From Malacoraja senta (taxonomy: Eukaryota), in NCBI GenBank assembly GCA_038087875.1, contig JAXLNO010000103.1, positions 1 through 52,092 on the forward strand: 52,092 bases of DNA, given 5' to 3'. Below are positions 36,229 through 48,820 of the stretch, in pieces. Position 1 is the first letter of the stretch, and each line of letters opens with the position of its first letter. The notes beneath the pieces are model-generated. The model saw only the letters and a list, made by a program, of their open reading frames with translations, was not told the DNA's origin and ran no database searches. The translations under genes and the position numbers were made by a program.

Positions 36229-37202
36229 TTAAACAGAACTTAATATAGTATTTGCAAACAGCCCCGTATCGGCAATTGGCCGATGGTAAAATTGTTGAAA
36301 CACCAACTCATTGGACCACCCGGCGGCTGCGAGAATATGGTCGACGGGGACGTCCATCGCCCTGGCTGCCGAAGTTGCTGCTGCCCTAGTGGAATGGGAT
36401 GTAAAAACATTAGTGTTAATACCTGCAGCAATCAAGACTTGTTTTAACCACTTGAAATTGTCTGCACTGACACTCTTGTGTGTTTTTTTGTGAGTGATAA
36501 ACAACCCTGTTTCCATATTTTGTAAAGCCCTTGTGGCCTCAATGTATTGCAGCAAATATGTCTTAACACATAGAAATGGATCCGTGGGATATGCTGAGAA
36601 AACAATCTTGAATTCCTGTCACACCTGGCCTGCTTTGTTTGAGTAGGTCATAAATGTAAAACATAACATTATCTGGAGCTACTTCCATCCTGTCTATCTG
36701 TAACTTTTGCAATGTTTGCACTCGCTGTGCTGATACTAGTGCCATAAGCATGACCACCTTCATGACGAGTTTGGCCAAAGTCAGAGACGTACCAGGAGTC
36801 CATTGATGAAGTAGCTTGAGAACCACACTTACATCCCAGATTGCCATGTACCTAGGTTTAGGAGGTCTGGAATTAAAAATTCCTTTCATCAATCTGGAAA
36901 CGAGAGGATGAGACCCAACAGGATGTCTTTCTCATCAATAAATATGAAGACAATGCACTTCTGGCTGAAGTAATCGCACTATAACTCAACCCCTCATCGT
37001 AATAGAGTGTTGACAAAAAATCTAGGACATGCGAGATAACTGCCGTACAATATTCAATATTCTTTTGTACACAGAAATTTTCCCATTTCTTTACATAAGA
37101 AATGTACTGCTTTTGAGTACTCTTCCTCCAGGTTGCAGTGAGCATGTCCACAGTACGCCCAGACAGTCCTCGCCCGAGATATGGCCTTCTTAAAACCTGC
37201 AA
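36229..37202 (-). pseudogene. DIRS tyrosine recombinase (frameshifted into three ORFs)
   Basis: SAM-like N-terminus (WRKSTQKQY...ARSALS), SAQRVQTL (catalytic R), HSTRAAATS, AAGW and FQQFYH (catalytic Y region). Confidence 0.9.
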
Positions 37203-37220
37203 ATGAACAGATCCATACGG

Positions 37221-39021
37221 TCATATAACGGATGTTGCTCTCCAGTTACCCGATGCACCAGTAAATCCCTTCTTTTGGGGACCTCCATCAGAGGTTGTGT
37301 CATTAATTTCCAATATCAAAGGAAACCATGGCTGAGTAGCCAGTCCGGTACCACCAGCACCCCAGAGGCGGCATCGTGCTTGATTTTGAGCAGACGCCGA
37401 CTTATGAGACAGAATGGTAGAAACATACCACTCCAATATAGCGAGAAAGCATCAATCGCTAATGCCCCAGGATCTGGTTTCAATGACACATATCTCGGTA
37501 GCTGGTGGTTGAGTCTGGATGCAAACAAGTCGATATCTGGCCTTCCAAATCTGACTACTATATCATAGAATACATCCTGATTCAACATCCATTCTATGTT
37601 GTCATGGAATTTTCGCGACCTGGTGTCTGCTACTATATTGAATCTACCTGGTAGATATATAGCTGAAATCCAAATATTTTTGGCAATACACCAAGTCCAG
37701 ATTCGATTAGCCAATCTGTCAAAGACACCGACTTGATTCCACCCATGTGATTAATATATGTTATTGCTGTAGTATTGTCAATTTGAAGCTGAACATGCAG
37801 GATAGTTGTGTTAGAACAATAAGCTTTAAACCCATAAAAACCTCCCAACAGCTCTAAATAGTTGATTCCCCATGTCTGCAGAAACAATGCCTCTTCCATA
37901 TTCCATCTGCCTCCGCAGCTGGATGTCATATCAGTGGCATCCTCCTAGTGCACTGACATCAGTCTGTAAGATCATGGAAGGCTGTTCAATCAATACTTTG
38001 CTGGAACTACTGGAGACATGTTGAATCCACCACTGCAAATCAGAAGCAGCGTTTGTTGTTAACTGCATGGGCCTATCAAAATGGCCGCAATGCATCCTCA
38101 GTGCCTGTTCCTTTGGCCTTTTCTAGCTGCTGGTAGTGCAATGGCCCATATTGCACTGCCGGAAAAGCTGCCACTAATTTTCCCAGCAAGCTGGCCACCT
38201 GTCTAATTGAAGGTCGTTGTTCATTCAACAGGTTAATGCAACCGTCAATTAGCTCCACCCTTTTTTCCTTGAGCAAAGTTACTACCATACGAATTGAATC
38301 AATTGTGAAACCCAAATAATCAATTGTTGTAAGTAGTGTTAATCTTGATTTCTCTGGATGAATTAAAAAAAAAAAAACTTTGAAAAGTGGATTTAACAAC
38401 TTGCACAGATGACTCAGCTAATTCTGTTGTTCGTCCTATAATTAGGATATCATCCAGTAAAGCCATCACCACATGACCCTGGACTCTAAGTAGCCCCAGT
38501 ATTGGCTTTAACAATTTAGTGAATATTCTTTCAAATGAACAGACACTGAGATAATATGCATCTTTCAGATCTATAGTTGCCATATAACATGCTCTGGGAA
38601 AAAGTTGTTTGGCAGTCACAAATGTTTCCATTTTGAAGTGTCTATACTGTACAAAAGGATTAAGACTTGTCAGATCCAAAATAATTCTACATCCTCCATC
38701 CTTTTTAGGTCATGGAAAAATATTAGACACAAATTAGGTGGGCTTGAAAAACCAACCTTTCAATTACTCCTTTATTACACAAATTGTCAAGTTCAACCTG
38801 AACCTCCATGACTTCTTTTTATGAAAATTGGAGTGTTCTCCTAGGAACATGCTGGAGGGCAAATTAACATTTGGATCGAACTCAATTCGAAACCCTTGAA
38901 TAATACTCAGAATAAATGGATCTGAAGTAATTTGTTTCCAATTATTATAGAACAAATGTAATCTGTCTCCAACCCTTGGCTGTTTTGCCTTTAATATGTT
39001 CACATGAGAAACCAGGCCCAC
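37221..39021 (-). pseudogene. DIRS reverse transcriptase - RNase H - methyltransferase-like ORF, fragmented
   Basis: HFKMET, IDLKDAY, LLDD (YxDD degraded), YLGFTIDS, INYLEL, IDNTTAITYINHMGG, YLPGRFNIVADTRSR, DIDLFAS...DAFS; many stops and frameshifts. Confidence 0.88.
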
Positions 39022-40198
39022 CTACCTCCTTGGTAACCTGAGTGACCTGTGGTCCCCGATTCCTGGCAGGAAACCCCACGCTTGTCCGTGTTCCCACTGC
39101 AGGGCGCCAACTACGCACGTGCGTCGACAGCCGACTTGGTCCTGGTGTAGGCCCCGGATCTGTATGTCGTCTGTAGGGATACCTCCTCTTCACAGACTTG
39201 CTGACCATCGGTATTTTGATCAACCCTGCCGTTTTTGCCTCGTCATCCAACTCTTTTACCCGTTTCGCGAGGTCTTCTCTGAAGATTAAGTTGGGTGGCT
39301 GCACGTTACAGAGTACTGCAAACTTGGGGTTGATGGTGGGCTGAATGGCACCCTTCCTGAGACAATTGATCTCAAAGTGGGCGCTACGTAGCAATCCCAG
39401 TGCCTCTTGATGCAACTCTGTCACCTGCCCTCCATCCATCATTCTTGCAAACGCCGTTATTCCTGAACCCAGCAGCTTCAAAATTCTCTGCAATTTTATT
39501 TCTTGGGCTCGCATGACCAAGCCCATCTGACCCCATAAGACCTGGTTCACTGCCGGTGCTTTTAGTAGCACACAGTTACTCGGGTCTCGTGCTTTTTGGC
39601 AGTTTCGTCCATTGTAAGCTGCTGGAGCTGATGTGAGACCAAATAGTTGATCGTGGAGGCCAGCTCTTCTCCCAGTGGCTCTCCGGACTCTGACGGGTCA
39701 GCGAATCGTACTGCCAGAGGTGGAATATCTGGCAGCTGCCGTTCTTCGATTGAATTGGCCTCACCGTCAAGAGTCGGGGTCAGAACTCTGCTGACCCAGT
39801 GCACGCGCCTCATCAATGAGGGTGCTCTCAAGCAGCCCTTTACTAGGTGCTGCTGGCCTGGCTTCTCCAGCCTGGCTCTGACTCCACTCCTCCCTGAGTG
39901 TGCCTTGTTCGGGCAACCTGTGTAACAGGCTCTCCATTTGGGATATTCGCTCAAAAGTGGTATCCAGCCCCGGAGGCGAATCCTCCCGACCCGACTCCTC
40001 CTCCATGGGCCTGACGGACTTGTGTGTTGCCTTGCGCCCGACTGGCGCTGGCTCTGTTGTTTTTAAACCCAAGCCCACAGTCGCCACGCTCCCAGCTGGC
40101 GACTGTACAGGGGTATGAGGCAGCCCTTCACCTACTGCACTCCCGCGGCTGTCTACCGGTTTCGCGGCTCGCCTCTTACTCTTGCCCGTCTTGCCCAT
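38945..40198 (-). pseudogene. DIRS ORF1 (gag-like), frameshifted
   Basis: Located upstream of RT; fragments such as LLKAPAVNQVLW...EINCLRKGAIQP...LIFREDLAKRVKEL are typical of DIRS ORF1. Confidence 0.7.
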
Positions 40199-40505
40199 GG
40201 CGCCTGCGAAAATCTGTCCAACAGAGCACCACAGCAAACGGACCGGAAACTCCAACAAAGTTTTTTCACTTAAGTTGAAAATACTTATCACTGGAGGAGC
40301 TCTGCTCCTCACAGCCTCCGTGCGCCAATGCGGCTGACGTACTGACGCGCATGCGCACTGGTGGGACTTCTTCACGGAATCACTCACGTGACTCCGAAGT
40401 AAAATTATATATTAAAAAAATAATAAAAACATAATACATGAATTAAAATCCAGCATAAAAGAATGATCAATGTCCTACAACGAGACAATGATACCAGTGT
40501 CTCCA

Positions 40506-43259
40506 CTACTGGGATTCGTAGCGTGTAGTGCTAAACCTTATGTTTGACAAGGCCACAATAATTACATTTTTAGAGTCATTTATCCTGCAAATGAATTTAT
40601 AAATATGATTTCTTAGGATAGCTTCTAAAGTACTGACTCCTGCCGCCACAAATATGTTACTAGCACTACACCATCTAGGTTTCCTTAGCAGTGTTCTCAC
40701 GGCATCATTATATGACACCTTTAGTCTCTGCAAACTTGTCTTTCCATAGTTCGACCACAGGTGCGCAGTGTAGAGTGGTGTGCAGTATGCTCTAAATAGC
40801 GACATCTTCACACGCACCAAACTTACACAAGTGAATATTCGCCTGTACATACAGCATGTGTCGTTGCCTATAAATATCCTCATCATCTGTCATTTGTTCT
40901 GTAATAAAATGCCCTAGATATTTTACCTTATTACAGACACTAAGAATATTGGCAGACAATTTAAAATCAAGAAATTTTAGACATTTATCCTCTTTGGTTC
41001 TACAGATCATAACAGCACTCTTACCAGCATTATATTTAATATCATGTTGCACACCATACACAGAACATATAGTAAGGAGCTGCTGGAGACCAGCGCTAGA
41101 TGGACTAAAGACCTCAAGATCATCTGCATACATAATATGGTTCACTAAAGTATTACCCATCATGCACCCAGTATGACAGTCTTTCAATTGTTTGGACAGA
41201 TCATCAATATAATGATTAAAAAGGACTAGGGACAAAATTCCCCCTTGTCTAACACCATTGCTAACCCCAAATGGGGCTGAGACCCTATTGCCCCATTTTA
41301 TTTGCATAGTCTGGTGGGCATACCAGTAGGCCAGAATTCTCACAATGTATTTAGGCACCCATCTTTGACTCATTTTAACAAACAGCTTTCTGTGATTAAC
41401 ACAGTCAAAGGCTTTGGAAGCATCAATAAGCACATAAGGATTGAAGAGTTTTTGCCTCTATATTTGTTTACAATCTCCTTTAGGGCATATATGCATAGGT
41501 CAGTGCCATGTTTAGCTTTAAAACCAAACTGGTTATCTGTGGAGTTGACAAACTTATTTATTCTATCCAGCAGAACTATTTCTAAAACTTTTGACAATAT
41601 GCTGGCTAAAGCTATGGGCCTGTAATTATTTAGGCTACCTACTTTACCAGCTTTGTCCTTAATGACCGGCACTAAAAGAACAGACAACATTGAGTCTGGT
41701 AACAAGCCATGAGTCATAAAGCTGTAAAACAAATAGCAAGGAGAGGAGCTATCCTCATACTCGCATACTTAAGATGTTCAGCAGAAATATGATCCAAGCC
41801 ACTTGCTTTGTTTTCGGACAGCTTGTTCATGGCATGATACACCTCATGTGACAATCGCCATTGAGCTATTACTCTCAATATTGTCCACCCTATACAAGTC
41901 ACCTTGGACACAGTTGAATAAAGTACTATAATGTTGTCGCCATAAATCCACGATATTAGCTGTTCCGGAGATTCCATCTACAGTGCATGGTAGAGATGTT
42001 TTGCCACTGTTAAGAGCTCTCACTGCTTTCCAAAAATCTGTAGCGTTGTTACTTAGCAGCTTCGTAGCCATGGAATCAGCCCTCATAGCTTGCTCATTTT
42101 TACAGATGAAGCGAACAGCATAATTATACCTTGTATTAGTGAGCTTCTTGTACTCAAACACAGGCCCCTGTCTGGGTCTACCTGTCATAGCCCATGATTT
42201 GGTGGCTTCAGTATGATACTCAGCTACATACTTATTCCAGCCAGGCCTGATGTTATGTGTCTTATTTATATGCTTGTAGTAGAGCTTACTACCTACATAT
42301 AGAGCGCTTACTATATCATTATACATGGAGCAGATATCTCTCCTATGCTTCATATCCTTACAATTAACATTATTACACATTATTGCATCTTTAGATAAAT
42401 GAATATTGCTTAAAGATTTATCTGTATGAGCATAATAGGCTAGGGTGTCTTTCTTTGTAAGCGTTGACTAGTCAAGTCTTTCTGTATTAAAGCTATTTCT
42501 ATCTCTGGATACCACAGGTATGTGTTCAACATTTATTGTCATAGCAACAAGTATATGATCAGTCATTGCTGCCCCGTACAGAATGCTCATACACCCCAAG
42601 GAGGCATGTGCATCAGCTGTACTAATACAATGGTCCAGCCATGACGTAGTGTGCCAGGCTTCACTAATATAAGTATAACTATCTGTAGGTAAAAGCACTT
42701 TGCTTGACAATATTAAATTATTATCTTGACAGAACTGAACCATATGATTGGCAAATAATGAGTTCCTTTCTGAGATATCTGCATTCATATCCCCAATGAA
42801 ATACACTACAATAAATATTGTTTTGAATGAAAGAATAGATGAAAGCAAGCCTATTTAAATATTCATCCTCATTCTGATGGCATTCATAGGGTGTATATAC
42901 ATTCAGGATAACAAATTCCTTTGTGAGCAAAGTGTATGGCAATGCACCAGTCAGCATCAAGCTGAACCACATTTATTGATGAGTCAAGCTTCTTGTTCCA
43001 TAGAATAGCCACACCCCCTGGTATCCTACCTCTGACTATTCCCATGCCAAGGTCAGTTGTAGACTCCCCAGCCCCATGAAAGTTGTCATTGAGAGAATTG
43101 AGTTTGTCCAAGTCATGCTTCGCTAAGAATGTCTCTTGCATACATAGTATGTCACAGTTCTCCAGAAGGTTGTCAATAACTGAGCGGCGAGCTTTATCCC
43201 CCTGCGCTCTGGCCCAAACGCAGGCCACGACAGTTGTACGATAGTACCCGAATGTTCAT
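40506..43259 (-). pseudogene. LINE ORF2 (APE endonuclease + reverse transcriptase), multiple frameshifts
   Basis: MNIRVLSYNCRG, MQETFL, GGVAILW, GDMNAD, SWLDH; KASGLD, YRPIAL, QFGFK, DASKAFD, GVRQGGILS, YADD, KYLG. Confidence 0.93.
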
Positions 43260-44491
43260 TTAGTGAGACTAGCACCAGCAGGCACACTCATTCTCCCCGC
43301 GGCAGGCGCAGTGCTTGATCCGATGACTCCAACCCTGCGCGGCTCGTAATAGCGCCGGACAAATGCCCCTTCTGGCCAGAGCTCCAGATTGTACATTTCG
43401 CCAACCTCATTACATTCCGCAGATACTTTAAATGAACAGTATCTACTGTATACAGTGTCAATCTTTTGACAGGTAACCTCACGGCCAAGTTTTTCTTTAA
43501 GATACACAGATAAAGTTTTGGCGTCTAGATCCGGTGAAAACTTGGAGGCAAAAACACTCACCAGCTTAGTTTTGATCATTTTGATGTCACCCGCAGCTCC
43601 GGTACCAATAATAGGCACAGCATTACTGGATTTCTTTCTCTGCCCGGTGGTAATAGTCCACAGTTTTGGCTCACCAACAGTGTTCTCTGGAGCATGACGT
43701 CGACCCTTTTTCACAACATGACTCCACTTTAGAGAGTCTTGCAACGTTAAACCACTGGGACAATGCATTACCTTTGCCCTCTCCACGTTTAAGGCAAGGC
43801 CCACCGCCGCAGCCTTCACTCCAACAACTAAGCCAGAGGCTCCTGCCAGTGCAGCTCCCAGTGCTGTGTCTGCCATGCTAATGGCTCCATCCATCGCCGC
43901 CGACGCATCCGGACCCCCGCCCCGAGTCAGGTCAGTGGTGCGCTCCAATGCACACACTGGAGTAGTGATCAAGGTGCGCTCCAATGCACCTACTCGCCGA
44001 TCAATTTTCACTGTGATGGCACGAAAATCTTCGCTTACATCAGCCTGTAGCTGCATGACATGCTTCATAGAACCGACCTCAGCGTACAGCTGCTCCATTC
44101 TCCGAAGTAGGCTCGAGACATCCATGTTAGAAAATGTCACCGGCGGCAGTTCATCCAAGTAATGAGAGACAAATCTGGGAGTATTCTCGCCACACTCATT
44201 CATGACTTTAAGGCAACTCTTTATGTTGTTAACGCCTTTCTGTGCCCCTTTATGGGAAACGTTCCGCTGTGTAGTGGGGCAGAGTTCAAACATAACTTTC
44301 TTCGAGGACTCTATCCACTCAGAATCAAAAGTGTTTGCAGCCAGAAGGACGATCTCATCCTGGCTTAAGGTCTTAATCTTTACAGCAAGAAAGTTAAGTA
44401 ACTCATCCTCAAAAATAACCTTACCGTCAACAGTCTTGTAGATCTCAGGCTTTACTCTAGACCTGCCAAGACCAGCAGCAATGCCCGCCAT
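43256..44491 (-). CDS. LINE ORF1 (likely start MAGIAAG at 44491), uninterrupted
   Basis: DELLNFL...SKKVMFEL...RFVSHYLDELPPV N-terminal block and VFASKF...SFKV...WPEGAFVRRY RRM-like C-terminal block, typical of LINE ORF1 proteins. Confidence 0.75.
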   Translation of the reverse strand: MAGIAAGLGRSRVKPEIYKTVDGKVIFEDELLNFLAVKIKTLSQDEIVLLAANTFDSEWIESSKKVMFELCPTTQRNVSHKGAQKGVNNIKSCLKVMNECGENTPRFVSHYLDELPPVTFSNMDVSSLLRRMEQLYAEVGSMKHVMQLQADVSEDFRAITVKIDRRVGALERTLITTPVCALERTTDLTRGGGPDASAAMDGAISMADTALGAALAGASGLVVGVKAAAVGLALNVERAKVMHCPSGLTLQDSLKWSHVVKKGRRHAPENTVGEPKLWTITTGQRKKSSNAVPIIGTGAAGDIKMIKTKLVSVFASKFSPDLDAKTLSVYLKEKLGREVTCQKIDTVYSRYCSFKVSAECNEVGEMYNLELWPEGAFVRRYYEPRRVGVIGSSTAPAAGRMSVPAGASLTK

Positions 44492-45165
44492 CTTCGCCTG
44501 CCGGTTGCCTGTGGCCGATGCACCGGCTCCCCTGCTGCCTCTTGCCCAGCCCCAAGCTCCACCGCCCGCTGCCTGCTGCCCGGCTCCACGCTCCGGGTCT
44601 CCGCTGTCCCCAGCTCCGGGCTCCGCTGTCCCCAGCTCCAAGCACCACTGCCCCCTGGCCCAGGTCGGGCCCGTCTCGGACCCCGGCTCCGGCTGCTCGC
44701 CGAGCGCAGAACTTGGCGCCCCTTCCACCGGGCCTCGACTGCGACTCTCTCCCGCACCGTGCTGCCGTTAAGGACCAGGGTTTTCTTCCTGCAGCAACTT
44801 CCAGGCGACATTCCTCGCAGGGGTAAGTTCCTATCTTAAATATATTGAATAACAATCTACATTTTACAGTAGCTTTTTGTTTAATCATGAACACTGGAGA
44901 TAATCCCTCATATTGTACTATTTCATAACTTTGATAAATTTTGATTACGTTTTTCTGGATCATAAATAGATCAATAGGTTTCACTTTAAAAAGGTTCTCA
45001 GACCACAACAATTAAGCTTGAGCCATTTCACTGAAAAACATGAATATTACTCTGTGCCATTTGATGCAGAACATCCAACTCATTTGACTCAATGGCTCAC
45101 TCTAAAATTGGACTAATTAAACATTTAAAATTCTGAAATAACACCAACAAAAAACATGCACTTAC

Positions 45166-45294
45166 TTTGTTAAACAATGTTGTAAAGACCTCTTGATGGC
45201 TATTCATATCAATGCCGCCATAGAGTTTCATTAACTCCTTTAGCATCCTCAAAGGTTAAACATTGGACTAATAAATCTTCATCATCTTTTTCCC
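45166..45294 (-). pseudogene. INF2: INF2-like exon (equivalent to human exon 6), frameshifted
   Basis: EKDDEDLLVQCLTFEDA / KELMKLYGGIDMNSHQEVFTTLFNK in different frames; CTTAG acceptor, GTAAGT donor. Confidence 0.82.
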
Positions 45295-45567
45295 CTAAGG
45301 AATACATCATGATACAGATTAAGTTTGTGCATTTCCCTTGAACAAATGCCAGTATAACTCAATCAGGTAATTCCTTTCTCTTAAGTAATGTCTCTTAAGG
45401 CTTATGTAATGCAAGAGTTAAATTAACTCACTTTTCACTTCAAAATAAAAAACATAATCTACAATATTCTTCAGAAAATGCATAACAATCAAGAAATCTG
45501 AGCATACATTTAGTAAACATGATGTTAAATCTATTTAAACTGGGCAATCTACATGAATAAACCATAC

Positions 45568-45601
45568 CTTGAAGATGGCAGTATATCCAACAGATGGAGA
45601 C
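45568..45601 (-). pseudogene. INF2: INF2-like 34-bp exon (equivalent to human exon 5)
   Basis: TTTTAG|GT CTC CAT CTG TTG GAT ATA CTG CCA TCT TCA AG|GTATGG = GLHLLDILPSSR versus GLQLLDVLARLR; phases match the neighbouring exons. Confidence 0.8.
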
Positions 45602-46399
45602 CTAAAATCAATAATTTAGTAATATTATTTGGCTTCAACAAATGGTGTCACACATAATATGGTCTAGGTAGTTCTAGACCATGATTTTATATAATGCAGG
45701 TGCAAAAATAGACAGCCTGAAGTTACTTGTTAGAAGCAAATAAAATAATTACCTGAAAGGGAGTCTCTACTCTAAAGAAACTAGACTTAACCATTGAAGT
45801 AAATAATATCAAATGCATCAAATATTCAATTTTTGAAATAAACATGAATACCTTGTGCACAAATATAGCCCCAACACAGCCTTGCAGAACAAGCCACTTT
45901 TGGAACTTAGCAGTGACATTTATTTATACAAATGTTTGTATTTTTAAATTTAAAGTGGCATTATTTTTTTCTTGTCTTATATTAATGGGTTTTGAGGCAA
46001 CCATAATGAAATGAGTGTAATACTTCATTTTCTTTATTCATTATTTTCCAATCAAAATGTGAAGGGATTGACTTGCATTTTGTAGTTTTGAAAGGTAACT
46101 TTAATGAACTAAAATGTTCCCCTTTAAGGAGAACTACCAATGAAAGAGCATGAATCAAGCCTGTAATTGCTCAGAATCTCAAGCAACTTTATCAGAATCA
46201 TAACAAAAACAGTTTTGGGTAGAATTGCATAATCTGGGATGGATGTTTGTCGTAAATGACAGCCATACAGGAAATGTTTTGTTTTTCGTGTTCTTTTGGT
46301 TGTTCCTATGCTCTCTAAAATTATATTGGTTAGCAAATATGTTAAGAATTATAAGTGTAGGGAAGAACAGTTTCTCTCAGTTATCTTACGTATGAAATA

Positions 46400-46632
46400 G
46401 GAACCTGAGGGATTACTTTTTTTATACAAAGGGTGGTGGGGGCATGGAATTAGTTACTGGACGAGGTAGTTGAGGCAGGTACTATTGCAACATTTCAGAA
46501 ATATTTGGACAGGTACATGAATAGGATAGGTTTGGAAGGATATTGGCCAAATGCTGGCAGGTGTAAATAGGGCATGTTGGTTGGCTTGGGCATATTGGGC
46601 CAAAGGGCCTGTTTCCACACTGTATGACTATA
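46400..46632 (+). mobile_element. CR1/HER1-like LINE 3' fragment
   Basis: Degenerate RT C-terminal FFxQRVVGAWN-like stretch followed by the 3' tail GGGCCAAAGGGCCTGTTTCCACACTGTATGACT. Confidence 0.65.
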
Positions 46633-46694
46633 TAACTAATTGAATTAAGTTCAAGTTGATAAAACATTGAAGTGTCTATTTTTTCACAATGAAT

Positions 46695-47002
46695 GGGCGA
46701 CACATGCTGCAGCGGTAGAGTTACTGCCTTACAGTGCCAGAGACCTGGGTTCAATCCTGACTATGGGTACTGTCTTCATGGAGTTTGTACGTTCTGCCTG
46801 TGGGTTTTCTCTGGTGCTCTGGTTGCCTCCCACATCCCAAAGACGTGCAGGTTAGTAGTTAATTGGCTTCTGTGAATTGTGCTTAGTGTGTATGATTTGA
46901 AACTGGGATAACATAGAACTGGTATACGGGTGATCATTGCTCAGCACGGACTCGGTGCACCATGTGGCCTGTTATCACGCTGTACCTCAAAACTAAACTA
47001 AA
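46695..47002 (+). mobile_element. tRNA-derived SINE (HE1/V-SINE-like)
   Basis: A-box-like head, B box GGGTTCAATCC, conserved body GGGTTTTCTCTGGTGCTCTGGTTGCCTCCCACATCCCAAAGAC, LINE-derived tail and (AAACT)n end. Confidence 0.85.
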
Positions 47003-47332
47003 TTGACATTGAGAAAATGACTTATGGTGTTCCTGGTTATTTTATTAATAACCTGTTCCAATAATCTGGCACTTCTTCAGCAGTTACTGAGCCAGTTAAT
47101 AGGTGACTGCAGTGGCGTCTGGAATTACTGAAAACCGTTTGAATCAAAAGAGGGAATCCTTTACAATGGCAGGATATTGAATTGATATTTCTCTATAAGT
47201 TTCAGGAGAGATTTTCTATTTTGGATCTGGAAGCAGCTATGTTGTGCTTTTCAGGTAAGGAAAATACTCTATACTTAAATTACTATGGGTGGGCTGGATG
47301 GTAAGCAGCTGAATTATACAAGGAATAGTTAC

Positions 47333-47492
47333 CTATGAATTCATTCCGCAGATGAGTACGAGGTATCAGTTCCTCACTTCCCAAAATGATAGCGTTGATG
47401 ACACTCAGCAACATAGTCATATATGGAACATTATCTGTAGCCTGGAGTTCATTCATGATTACACTAAATCAGTAGTGTTGCCTTTTCACAGT
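47333..47492 (-). pseudogene. INF2: INF2-like exon (equivalent to human exon 4), 160 bp, with in-frame TGA
   Basis: [55 protein letters not shown] acceptor, GTAACT donor. Confidence 0.88.
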
Positions 47493-47974
47493 CTGCCAAG
47501 AAAAAATACAAGAAAAATCAATGTTTAGAAGTTGCTATTAATTCATGAGGATGGATAGGACAGTAGGTCATGAGTGGGATAGATCAGCCATGAATGAATG
47601 GTGTAGGCGGGCCAAATGGCCTAATTCTGCTCCCATCTTATGAAAACGATTTTCTAATGATTTAGTGAAAATGGTGTCCAGTACGTTGGGGATTGGTCAT
47701 GTGGTCAAAGCTTCCTCAGCAGAGCATGAGAGAAGAAATAAAGATGTAGATTACAGGACCATGGGCTGGAAGGGTAGTTTGACAGGATAGAGGGAAGCAA
47801 TGGAGACAAAGGTGTTCCATCAAAATTAAACATTAAGAGGCCCTTATGTTGTCAAAGTGTAGAGATGGTGGGGAGAAGGAAACAATTGCTCATGGAAAAA
47901 AAACGTAGTTGTTATCTTTTAGGAGAATTACCACTGAAAGGGCATGACTCAATGTCTACTTTCTCCCAAGGAAA

Positions 47975-48220
47975 GGGCAGCACAGTGGCGCAGCGGTTGA
48001 GTTGCTGTCTTCCAGTGCAAGAGACCCAGTTTCAATCCTGACAATGGATGCTGTCTGTACAGAGTTGGTGTGTTCTCTCTGTGCCTGCATGGGTTTTCTC
48101 CAGATGCTCTAGTTTTCTCCCACACTCCAAAGATATAAGGTTTGTGGGTTAATTGGCTTCTGTAAATTGTCCCTCATGTATAGGATGGGATAACATAGAA
48201 CTTGTGTATGGATGATCGCA
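47975..48220 (+). mobile_element. tRNA-derived SINE (HE1-like), 3'-truncated
   Basis: GGGCAGCACAGTGGCGCAGCGG A box, TTCAATCC B box; body homologous to 46695-47002. Confidence 0.82.
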
Positions 48221-48491
48221 GGACAGCTCTTGGAGCAATTCTGAGTTTTGCAATAAATCCAGGGAATTCTTTATGTATTGAATTTATTATCTACTAAAGT
48301 CAATTCACTTGGACCAGGACACTCATGAGGTTTACAAATGTGAATTATAAAATTTCATTGATTAAACAGTGACTCATTTTGGGAAAGTTACCTTTTTAGT
48401 ATTTTTTGCACACTCTAGTGTAATACTGCATTATGCAATAAAAACAGAAACTGCTGAAAATGCTGGAGATCAGGCAGAATGTGTGAAGATA

Positions 48492-48775
48492 GGCAGCCAC
48501 ACAGTGGTGCCTTACAGCGTCAGAGACACGGGGTCGATCCTGACTATGGGTGCTGTTTGTATGTTCACCCTGTGACAGTGTGGGTTTTCTCATGGTGCAC
48601 TAGATTCCTTCCACACTCTAGACGTACACGTTGATAGGTTTGTAGGTTAATTGGCTTTTGTAAATTGTAACTTTTCCCTGCTATGCAGGGTAGTGCTAGA
48701 GTACGGGGTGATCGCTGGTTGGCACGGACATGGTGGGCCGAAGGGTTGTCACTTACTGATCCCTGCGTTTCTAAC
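48492..48775 (+). mobile_element. tRNA-derived SINE (HE1-like), with internal deletions
   Basis: GGGGTCGATCC B box, shared body, GGTGGGCCGAAGGG tail. Confidence 0.78.
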
Positions 48776-48820
48776 AAGCACATATTGCCAGGATGTTTTG
48801 AAGAGCAGTTTTATACTTGC

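Larger units (their letters stand above)
35720..40404 (-). mobile_element. DIRS1-type tyrosine-recombinase retrotransposon, full length, decayed
   Basis: gag-like, RT, RNase H, methyltransferase-like and YR fragments in the canonical order. Imperfect ITRs (35788-35828 vs 40345-40383) and an internal complementary region. Both ends abut TTT/AAA. Confidence 0.93.
40405..44830 (-). mobile_element. Two-ORF APE-RT non-LTR retrotransposon (clade uncertain; RTE-X or CR1-group-like)
   Basis: GC-rich 5' region, open ORF1 and fragmented ORF2. The 3' end is interrupted by the DIRS element and the 5' boundary is approximate. Confidence 0.85.

Noticed and set aside
36229..37714. Phage integrase plus Dam-like methylase suggesting prophage or bacterial contamination
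   Set aside because: YR and methyltransferase-like domains are standard parts of DIRS1 elements, and RT/RNase H and ITR/ICR structure are present.
46695..46770. tRNA genes at SINE heads
   Set aside because: A/B boxes are present, but there is no cloverleaf and the sequence continues into a SINE body and LINE-derived tail.
47469..47471. In-frame TGA as selenocysteine or read-through
   Set aside because: It aligns to a conserved Arg rather than Cys, and independent frameshifts in a later exon indicate decay.
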